A DNA stretch of 40,369 nucleotides. Origin: Allocoleopsis sp. (GTDB taxonomy: Bacteria > Cyanobacteriota > Cyanobacteriia > FACHB-46). Of the stretch, positions 8,795 through 17,017 are shown in pieces. The first letter of the stretch is position 1; each line of letters begins with the position of its first letter. The DNA lies in the NCBI GenBank assembly GCA_036703355.1, contig DATNPE010000423.1, positions 1-40,369 on the forward strand, in the 5' to 3' direction. The notes under the pieces are model-generated. The model did no database searches and was not told the DNA's origin. It saw only the letters and a list, made by a program, of their open reading frames with translations. The translations under genes and the position numbers were made by a program.

Positions 8795-10363
8795 ATGCTG
8801 AATTCAGTTGATTTCAGCGGGAGGCCATTTCATTTCATTGGAATTGGTGGAATTGGAATGTCGGCTCTCGCTTACGTTCTGGCAAAACGTAAGCTACCTG
8901 TTTCTGGCTCAGATATTCGTTTAAATCACATTACTCAGCGCTTACAAGACTTAGGAGCGCATATTTTCTGGAGCCAAGATGCCGCGAATTTAGAATTTTT
9001 TCGTCAGGCTGAAACGGTTAAAAGTAACGTATTACCAGCGGCGGCTGTTGCGATCGCAGCCAATGATGGCGCGACTGGAGCGACGAAAGAAACCCCAACC
9101 TCCGTTAGTACCTCTAGTAAATTACCTGACAGCACCCATACGGCCCTATTGCCTCAGGTGATTTGCTCGACAGCGATTAACCCAGCAAACGCAGAGTATC
9201 GAGCTGCTTTGGAGTTAGGCTGTCCCATCTTTCATCGATCGGACTTGTTGGCTGCCCTGATTCAGGACTACCAAAGTATTTCGGTTGCTGGAACTCATGG
9301 TAAAACCACGACCAGCAGTATGATTGGGCATCTGCTCATAGAAGCAGGCTTAGACCCCACGATTGTAGTTGGGGGAGAGGTGAAAGCTTGGGAAGGCAAT
9401 GCTCGCCTAGGAGAAGGTCCGTATCTGGTAGCCGAGGCTGATGAGTCCGATGGCTCCCTGGTGAAGTTTTCATCCCATATCGGTGTTGTCACCAATATTG
9501 AACTAGACCACCCCGACCACTACAGCACCCTAGACGAAGTGGTGGCAACGTTTAAAACCTTTGCTAGCCACTGTAAAACCTTGATTGGCTGTATTGACTG
9601 CGATACGGTCCGTGATGCGCTCCAGCCACCCATTACCTATAGCTTGCATCGCGAGTCGGGAGCCGACTACACCGTAGACTCTGTGACCTATCAGGCCAAC
9701 GGAACGACCGCTCAAGTTTGGGAACGCGGCCAACTGCTAGGAGAACTGAAGCTTAAACTGCTGGGTCAGCACAACTTGAGTAATGCTTTGGCAGCGGTGG
9801 CAGTAGGCCGACTTTTGAATCTGGAATTTACTCAGATTGCTCAGGCGATCGCCACCTTTGTCGGGGCACGTCGGCGTTTTGAATATCGCGGCGAATACAA
9901 CGACATTTTGTTTGTGGATGATTATGCCCATCACCCTAGTGAGATTCGAGCCACACTAGCCGCAGCCCATTTACAAGCTACTGGGCTAACTGCGGCTCGG
10001 CAGCGACGGGTTGTGGCTGTATTTCAACCGCACCGCTACAGCCGAACTTTGACTTTTTTGGAAGAGTTTGCTGAATCTTTCCAGGATGCTGATGTAGTTG
10101 TAGTGACAGACATCTATGCGGCTGGAGAACCGCAGCCAGACAATCTGACTGGGCAAAAGGTTGTAGATGCGATCGCCGCTCACCATCCCCAGGTCTCCTT
10201 CCAACCTTCGTTGCAGGCAGTCCAAGATTTTTTGGCTGAAACCCTCCGACCCGGAGACTTGGCTTTATTCCTGGGGGCTGGTAACTTAAACCAAATCATT
10301 CCAGAGGTAATGGCCTTTCAAGAGTATGCCGCCAAAAGCATATCTCAGGAAAGGTGCAAATAA
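8795..10363 (+). CDS. murC: UDP-N-acetylmuramate--L-alanine ligase
   Basis: HFIGIGGIGMS, AGTHGKTTTS, EADESDGS, DDYAHHP and FQPHRYSRT; low-complexity insertion around aa 70-118. Confidence 0.97.
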   Translation: MLNSVDFSGRPFHFIGIGGIGMSALAYVLAKRKLPVSGSDIRLNHITQRLQDLGAHIFWSQDAANLEFFRQAETVKSNVLPAAAVAIAANDGATGATKETPTSVSTSSKLPDSTHTALLPQVICSTAINPANAEYRAALELGCPIFHRSDLLAALIQDYQSISVAGTHGKTTTSSMIGHLLIEAGLDPTIVVGGEVKAWEGNARLGEGPYLVAEADESDGSLVKFSSHIGVVTNIELDHPDHYSTLDEVVATFKTFASHCKTLIGCIDCDTVRDALQPPITYSLHRESGADYTVDSVTYQANGTTAQVWERGQLLGELKLKLLGQHNLSNALAAVAVGRLLNLEFTQIAQAIATFVGARRRFEYRGEYNDILFVDDYAHHPSEIRATLAAAHLQATGLTAARQRRVVAVFQPHRYSRTLTFLEEFAESFQDADVVVVTDIYAAGEPQPDNLTGQKVVDAIAAHHPQVSFQPSLQAVQDFLAETLRPGDLALFLGAGNLNQIIPEVMAFQEYAAKSISQERCK

Positions 10364-10510
10364 GCCTCCTTCTCATGTTCACTATGAACAATCACTGCAT
10401 CGCAGTTTCACGATGAATGAAAGATTGTTGCACCAGGATCAGCCACAACCTGGACAAGTGAAAACTGATCTTTCATCTTAGGCCTGTAGGCATGGAGCAG
10501 TTGGACTATC

Positions 10511-11527
10511 ATGACTCTTTCCCAAGATCCGCCTAGCATTTTGAAGCCTTCTAGCTTTATTACACCGATTACACCTAAAACCGAGGCTGCTCCTCTTAAG
10601 CCTGACCCTTCCAAATACCCACCCATTCATTTGCCTGCTACCGAGTGTCTGATTAAACCTCAAGTCTCTCTAGCTCCCTTTACCTCATTTCGAGTTGGGG
10701 GACCCGCAGAATGGTTCGTCTCTCCTCGGCGGGCGGAAGAGTTGCAAGCCAGCATTGAATGGGCTAACCAGGAAGGTTTACCCGTGACGCTCCTAGGAGC
10801 AGGTTCTAATCTGCTGGTCAGCGATCGCGGTCTGCCTGGTTTGGTGATTTGCACTCGCCACTTCCGTCACGCCCACTTTGATACCGAGACAGGTCAGATT
10901 ACTGCTGGGGCGGGAGAACCACTTGTACGGTTGGCTTGGCAAGCCGCAGAACGAGGCTGGACAGGTTTAGAATGGGCGGTTGGCATTCCTGGCACGCTGG
11001 GCGGTGCTGTGGTGATGAATGCAGGCGCGCATGGAGATTGTACCGCCGATGTTTTGGTCAATGCTCATGTGCTGTTGCCCAATGGCACGACTGACATTCT
11101 CACCCCCGCAGACTTGGGCTACAGCTATCGCACTTCAGCGTTGCAAGGCGATCGCCGTTTGGTGACCCAAGCCACTCTACAACTGCAACCGGGAGCTGAC
11201 CCTGCTCAGGTGATGGCAGCCACCAGTGCTCACCTCAAGCAACGCCAGACGACTCAGCCCTACCACTTACCCAGTTGTGGCAGCGTCTTCCGCAATCCTG
11301 GTCCGCAAACTGCTGGCTGGCTGATTGAGCAGACGGGCTTAAAAGGGCACCGCATTGGGGGAGCCCAAGTCGCCCAACGCCATGCCAACTTCATTCTTAA
11401 CTGTGGTGGCGCTACTGCCTACGACATCTTTCAGCTGATTCGCTATGTGCAACAACAAGTGGAACAGCATTGGTCATTGAGTTTAGAGCCAGAAGTGAAG
11501 ATGCTAGGAGAATTTCAACTCGCTTAG
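10511..11527 (+). CDS. murB: UDP-N-acetylenolpyruvoylglucosamine reductase
   Basis: [37 protein letters not shown] and LEPEV. Confidence 0.97.
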   Translation: MTLSQDPPSILKPSSFITPITPKTEAAPLKPDPSKYPPIHLPATECLIKPQVSLAPFTSFRVGGPAEWFVSPRRAEELQASIEWANQEGLPVTLLGAGSNLLVSDRGLPGLVICTRHFRHAHFDTETGQITAGAGEPLVRLAWQAAERGWTGLEWAVGIPGTLGGAVVMNAGAHGDCTADVLVNAHVLLPNGTTDILTPADLGYSYRTSALQGDRRLVTQATLQLQPGADPAQVMAATSAHLKQRQTTQPYHLPSCGSVFRNPGPQTAGWLIEQTGLKGHRIGGAQVAQRHANFILNCGGATAYDIFQLIRYVQQQVEQHWSLSLEPEVKMLGEFQLA

Positions 11528-11837
11528 ATGAAGCTAGCGGTAGTTTTCTAGTGACAACTCAGCAAAAAACTAATTTGTAAAAGTCCAATCTTGGGACAGC
11601 AGTGCTAACTTAGGTGAAGACCGTGAGAGCTGCGGTCAAAGGCTATCTTTCCTGCAATCTTGAGCTGACTGCATTCATAAACAGGTCTGGCGTAGATTAA
11701 CTTTTCATTTCGTCTGAGTTTCCAACCTCAGGCGGGATGAGGTAAAAGTCCGTTAAAGGGACAGTGAGAGTGGCAGAATAGCAGAGACTAGGAATAACAA
11801 CCTAGCTAGATAAACAACTCGTACCCAATTAAAAGTT

Positions 11838-12182
11838 ATGAGCAAAGGACAGGGATTCGGCTTCGGTCTTGGCAAAATGAAAGAACTGACCGAAGCATTT
11901 AAGAAAGCGCAACAGGTGCAAGAAGGCGCGAAAAAGCTCCAAGAAGATTTGGAGCAGATGGAAATTGAAGGACAAGCGGGTGGCGGCTTGGTGAAGGTTA
12001 TTCTCAGTGGCAACCAAGAGCCCCGCCGAGTTGAAATTTCAGCCGATGTATTGGGTGAGGGAGCTGATGTGGTTTCTGACCTAGTAACGGCTGCGATGAA
12101 AGACGCCTACAACAAATCCACAGCAACTATGCGGGAAAAAATGGAAGAGCTGACGGGTGGCTTAAATCTGCCAGGTCTCTAA
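11838..12182 (+). CDS. ybaB: YbaB/EbfC family nucleoid-associated protein
   Basis: KKAQQVQ...[11 protein letters not shown]...[10 protein letters not shown] pattern. Confidence 0.92.
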   Translation: MSKGQGFGFGLGKMKELTEAFKKAQQVQEGAKKLQEDLEQMEIEGQAGGGLVKVILSGNQEPRRVEISADVLGEGADVVSDLVTAAMKDAYNKSTATMREKMEELTGGLNLPGL

Positions 12183-12213
12183 ACCAAGGTATCGGCTTAA
12201 CATGTGAGGTAAT

Positions 12214-12255
12214 CCGGGCAAAGCAGTTTGTGGCTGGTTGCCCGGTTTTGTTTTT
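12214..12255 (+). terminator. Intrinsic terminator after ybaB
   Basis: CCGGGCAA/TTGCCCGG stem followed by TTTTGTTTTT. Confidence 0.85.
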
Positions 12256-12277
12256 GAGCCAAGATTTCAGTTTCGGC

Positions 12278-13648
12278 TCAGTAAGGAGCGGGATTGGGCT
12301 GAACCGGAACATTCAATAACTTGGCGATCGCTCCATAAAGGCGGTTGGCTAAGACCGTGTTGGCTTCATCAGTGAGATGAATGGTGTCTACAAAAGCTTG
12401 GCCTGGGAAGTTGCTGTAGAGGTTGTAGAGGTTGAGAGCGATGACGGTTTTAGGAAATTCTTGTTGAACCTGCAGCATCGCTTGTTCCATCTCGCTATAG
12501 CCTGCTTTCACTCGCTGAGTATAAGACGCTCCTAGTGCCTGCTGAATTTGAGCTTCTTCTGCAGCACGGTTTTTACCCGTCCGACTCGTCACTTCGGGTT
12601 GGATGGCGACAATCAAAGGAATCTTGGCCGCCGCTGCCAAACGAGCCATCTGGCGCAAGTGGTTGTAATAGCGATCGGCTCGACGTTGTAGCTCTTTTGG
12701 GTCGCTAGGAAGTTGTTGAGCTAGAGGTGCATCACTGCTGGCAGCCACTAAGCTTAGTTCGTCCACCGAGGGTTGCGGTTTAATTAACCAGTACTGAATC
12801 CCTTTGACCAGGTAAGACTGCATGACCAGATTGCCCAATTGTTGGCTGAGATGGGTCGAGAAGTGACGGGGAGCATCCTCTAGTAAAGCTTCAGCGCCAG
12901 GTACGGACACTCCTTCCTCATTGCTGGGTAACAGTAAGTCTCGGTATCCACCGACAACCATGATCATGTCCGGTTGATAAGCCAGGACTTGCATTGCCAG
13001 TTGGGCAAGTTCATTGCCTGAGGCATAACCGGGCACGGCGGCATTGATCACCTGGTATTTACCGTCGCGAATGCGTGGCGGCAAAGCTAAGGCTCTGTCT
13101 ACTTCTTCTTTGTAGTAGGGCAAAATATCGGGGCGAAATTTTTCTGGGTTGCGTTTTTGCTGGGCGACTTGTTGATTGAGGCTGGCTTCAAGTTTGTTGG
13201 CAAAAGTCGCTTGGTTGTTGGAACTCATTTGACCGAAGGCTGTGGAGCCTCCTAGGAGAAAAATCCGCGTTTCTCCTTTGGGCTTGGCGAGGGGGACGGG
13301 GCGATCGCTGCGAAACCCTTGTTCGTTGATGCGCCAAAACTCGCTTTGCTGCTTGCTGATGAGCTTGTAGCCTGTGACCAAACTGGGCTTAGCTGCTAGT
13401 TGCCCTTTGATAGGCAAACCGTCGTAGGGCTGCTGATTATTATCTAAAAACCTGAGACCGTAGGCTGTGGCTTTGGTTGGTCTCCCTTGATAAGCTGCTA
13501 ATTCATCACTTTGACCTGTCACGCCAGCAAAGGTACGAACCAAAAACTCCAGAACAATGAGCAAAAGCGGCAGGGTTAATAAGGTGATCAGGGGCCAAGA
13601 AAGCCGACGTTGTTTTCGATAAGGAGATCTACGGCTAGGCCTAAACAT
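12278..13648 (-). CDS. Membrane-anchored SGNH/GDSL hydrolase-family protein
   Basis: N-terminal TM helix; block I LGGSTAFG, block II NAAVPGYAS, block V DTIH. Confidence 0.85.
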   Translation of the reverse strand: MFRPSRRSPYRKQRRLSWPLITLLTLPLLLIVLEFLVRTFAGVTGQSDELAAYQGRPTKATAYGLRFLDNNQQPYDGLPIKGQLAAKPSLVTGYKLISKQQSEFWRINEQGFRSDRPVPLAKPKGETRIFLLGGSTAFGQMSSNNQATFANKLEASLNQQVAQQKRNPEKFRPDILPYYKEEVDRALALPPRIRDGKYQVINAAVPGYASGNELAQLAMQVLAYQPDMIMVVGGYRDLLLPSNEEGVSVPGAEALLEDAPRHFSTHLSQQLGNLVMQSYLVKGIQYWLIKPQPSVDELSLVAASSDAPLAQQLPSDPKELQRRADRYYNHLRQMARLAAAAKIPLIVAIQPEVTSRTGKNRAAEEAQIQQALGASYTQRVKAGYSEMEQAMLQVQQEFPKTVIALNLYNLYSNFPGQAFVDTIHLTDEANTVLANRLYGAIAKLLNVPVQPNPAPY

Positions 13649-13982
13649 TCAGTACTTTCCTCGTAATACCAATAGTAGTTTCACCCCGTTAATGTTGCTG
13701 AGAGTGATGAAGGGCAGGCAAAGTCCCTTCCATCACCCGACCAGTTTAATGGGTGAAGTAATGACCCTTGTTTGCTTTGAACCAGCGATCGCTGCTCGCA
13801 AATTCAGGTCGGAAGTTGCACATTCAAGAAGAGTTACACCTTGACGGTCAGATGGTCAAGGTTTGAACAAGGTCACCTGAACTCATCCATACCTCTGCAA
13901 GGGTTGGTGCTGAGAAACCGGAAAGACTGGTTAAGATATTAAGGCTGCTTTTAGCGATCGCCCACAAACTGTAATTTTCAAC

Positions 13983-14480
13983 ATGCCTTACAAACTGCTG
14001 TTCGTGTGTCTTGGTAACATTTGCCGTTCACCCTCGGCAGAAAATATTATGGACTACCTGATTGAGCAAGCAGGGTTGGCGTCAGAAATTATCTGCGATT
14101 CGGCTGGAACCTCTAGCTACCACATTGGCAGTGCCCCCGATCGACGCATGACTGCTGCAGCCAAGCAACGAGGCATTGTGCTCAAGGGGCAAGCTCGACA
14201 ACTGCAAAAAAGTGATTTTGAGCAGTTTGATTTGATCTTGGCGATGGACCAAGAAAACTATCAAGATATTTTGGCTCTAGACCCCGCTGGGCAATACCGC
14301 GATCGCGTGCGTCTCATGTGCGAATTTTGCTCTCAATATTCAGAGCGAGAAGTACCCGATCCGTACTATGGCGGGCCAGAAGGCTTTAATCACGTCATTG
14401 ATTTACTGCTGGATGCTTGTGGCGGCTTATTGCAGCACATCGTCACTACACAACAATTGCCTGTCCAAACATCCAGTTAG
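13983..14480 (+). CDS. Low-molecular-weight protein-tyrosine phosphatase
   Basis: VCLGNICRS P-loop and DPYY motif. Confidence 0.95.
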   Translation: MPYKLLFVCLGNICRSPSAENIMDYLIEQAGLASEIICDSAGTSSYHIGSAPDRRMTAAAKQRGIVLKGQARQLQKSDFEQFDLILAMDQENYQDILALDPAGQYRDRVRLMCEFCSQYSEREVPDPYYGGPEGFNHVIDLLLDACGGLLQHIVTTQQLPVQTSS

Positions 14481-14512
14481 AAGCTGGAAGGGCATAGCCT
14501 GCGAGGAAGGCA

Positions 14513-15199
14513 TCAATTCATCAAGCCGTGTTCCATGACAAAGCGGACCAATTCGGCCCGATTATTGGTTTCTGTTTTACGCAACAAGCTGCTGACGTGC
14601 TTCTCAACGGTGCGGGGGCTGAGATGGAGACGATGGCCAATTTGGATGTTGGAAAGACCATCTGCCAATAGCTGCAAAACTTCCTGCTCCCGCTCCGTCA
14701 AGCTGACGGTGGAAAGAGCGGAGGCTGCCGTAAATTTAGTCGTAGAGTTGGTTTTCTCGGCAGGCGGTTCTGCTCCTTCCTGGGATCGCGATCGCCGCTC
14801 GGCATGAATCATTTCGGTTTGAATCATCTGCGATCGCTCGAGTAAGTTGCGAACGACGGCACCGAGTTCGTCCAGATCGAAGGGTTTGGGCAAGTAAAGG
14901 TCACACCCCAACTGGTAGCCACGAATCCGCTCTTGGATGTGGGTACGAGCGGTCAAGAAAATGACAGGTAAAAGTCGAAATTCTAGCTTTTGTCGGACAC
15001 GTCTGACCAATTCATAGCCGTCCATCCGTGGCATGGTAATATCGGTCACAATCAGGTGAGGCTGGTATTCATCAACCAGCGCTAGCGCTTCTTGACCGTT
15101 TTCAGCGGTGACAACTGAGTAGCCAGAGAGTTCGAGATAATCGCTGATCGACAGGCGGGTTCCGACATCATCATCAGCAACGAGAATCATCAAGGGCAT
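14513..15199 (-). CDS. NarL/LuxR-family response regulator (Ycf29/Rre1-like)
   Basis: REC domain (ADDD, TDITMP, FLTA, LPKPF) plus LuxR HTH (LTEREQEVL...SPRTVEKHVSSLLRKT). Confidence 0.9.
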   Translation of the reverse strand: MPLMILVADDDVGTRLSISDYLELSGYSVVTAENGQEALALVDEYQPHLIVTDITMPRMDGYELVRRVRQKLEFRLLPVIFLTARTHIQERIRGYQLGCDLYLPKPFDLDELGAVVRNLLERSQMIQTEMIHAERRSRSQEGAEPPAEKTNSTTKFTAASALSTVSLTEREQEVLQLLADGLSNIQIGHRLHLSPRTVEKHVSSLLRKTETNNRAELVRFVMEHGLMN

Positions 15200-16141
15200 G
15201 GGTAGCTAGCACATGAACGCTTAGGTTGGGACAAATACAGCATTAAAGGCGGACAGACGGTCTTAAAAATATAGGTTGTGAATTCAAATGAGTTAGGGGT
15301 TGAGTTAGGGGTCGTTCCCTACTTAACAATACTCAGTGAATAATATCGAGCTGAAGAGAAGAGATGGAGTTGGGTACTTTCTAGCGATCGCACGCCTAGA
15401 GCTAGCTAAAAATTGGTGTACGGCGCAACAAATGACGACCACTTGAATTGTATATCTTTAGCCTCCGATCACTGGTGCGGTTCTGGCAAGCAGCTGTGTC
15501 GCTTGATAGCTCGTGCCTTCTGGGCCTAGGGTGCCATTTTGGTTGGTTATTCAAACCCAGGGTTAGACATTTTGGTTCATGCCAGCTGCTGAAACCAGGT
15601 GGCAATTAGCTTGCGTGCAGGAAGCTATTAACAACCAACAGAGAGTCACCCAACTATTCCAGCCTGAGTCTTGTCGGTTACTTTATCTTAGCCTCTGATC
15701 TTTAAAATTTTGTGCGGTAGCTTCGCAGGGATTTGAGGTGCGAGATCTTGCCAAACCGCTTTGACTTTTCCGGGTGTCCTTGGCAAAGACCGTAGAAGTG
15801 GGATGTGGGAATTTGACTACAAACCCTGATAAATCTGAGAGCTGAGAAGAGGGTTGACGGGAAGAAGTCGCGATCGCTTGGTGCAGAAATCTCAAACTGT
15901 TATCAATTGCTATCTCTGGCTATCTCTTGATCACGGCCTTTCAGGTGGAACTAATTTTAAACTCAGCAACTTTAGACCACAATTACAAATCAATCTTTAA
16001 ACATAAGAAATCAAAAACTTAATTGTTAAATTAAGCCCTACACAAACGAGAGTTCCAAGAGTTAGCTTGCAAAATAACGTCTCAAAGATAGAATGATGAA
16101 GCTTGCTTCTGGCAAGTATTGATTTTTAACCCAATCTGCTC

Positions 16142-16876
16142 ATGTTTGCGCGCCAAAAACTCTACGAAGGCAAAGCCAAAATTGTCTACGCCACCGATGA
16201 TCCCGATGTCTTCCTGACTCACTTTAAGGATGACGCAACAGCGTTTAATGCCCAAAAACGGGGACAAATTGCTGGCAAGGGCGAAATTAACTCCGCTATT
16301 TCTAGTCATCTGTTTCAGCTGCTAGAAGCTAACGGGATTCCCACCCACTTCATCGATCGCCCAACTGCCGAAGATATGCGAGTCAAGGCAGTCAAAATTA
16401 TTCCTCTGGAAGTAGTGGTCAGGAACATTGCCGCCGGGAGTCTCTGTCAACAAACTGGGTTGGAATTGGGTACGGTCTTGCAGCAGCCTCTGGTGGATTT
16501 CTATTACAAGAATGATGCTTTAGGAGACCCGCTGCTCACTCGCGATCGCCTCCTGCTTCTAGAACTGGCCACACCGGAACAGCTAGACCAACTCCAGCAG
16601 ATGGCACTGCAAATTAACCAGCTGCTCTCAGCTTTTTTCCATCAGTGTGGCATTACACTGGTGGACTTCAAGCTAGAGTTTGGCGTGGACCGCAATCAGC
16701 AAATTCTTCTGGCTGATGAAATTAGCCCAGATACCTGTCGTCTTTGGGATCAAGCGGAAACCGATCCAGACCGTCGTGTGATGGATAAAGACCGCTTCCG
16801 TCGAGATTTAGGGGACGTGGAAGGTGCCTACCAACGGGTATTGGAGCGAGTTTTAAATCAGCCCATTCAAGAGTGA
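16142..16876 (+). CDS. purC: SAICAR synthase
   Basis: LYEGKAK, IPLEVVVRN, LVDFKLEFG, LADEISPDTCRLWD and DKDRFR. Confidence 0.98.
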   Translation: MFARQKLYEGKAKIVYATDDPDVFLTHFKDDATAFNAQKRGQIAGKGEINSAISSHLFQLLEANGIPTHFIDRPTAEDMRVKAVKIIPLEVVVRNIAAGSLCQQTGLELGTVLQQPLVDFYYKNDALGDPLLTRDRLLLLELATPEQLDQLQQMALQINQLLSAFFHQCGITLVDFKLEFGVDRNQQILLADEISPDTCRLWDQAETDPDRRVMDKDRFRRDLGDVEGAYQRVLERVLNQPIQE

Positions 16877-17017
16877 GCGCCACGAATGCGGTAAAATTTC
16901 CCCATTTGCCTGGTTTAGCGGGATTCCCTTCTCAACCCAATTACCGAATGTCTTTAACTACTTAGGCCAGCCTAAGGCAGAGCCTGGTGTGTGGAAATGC
17001 CAAATCACGTGAACACA

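Noticed and set aside
11577-11764. Duplicated motif read as a CRISPR mini-array
   Set aside because: Only two copies, a 142-nt interval, divergent centres and no cas genes.
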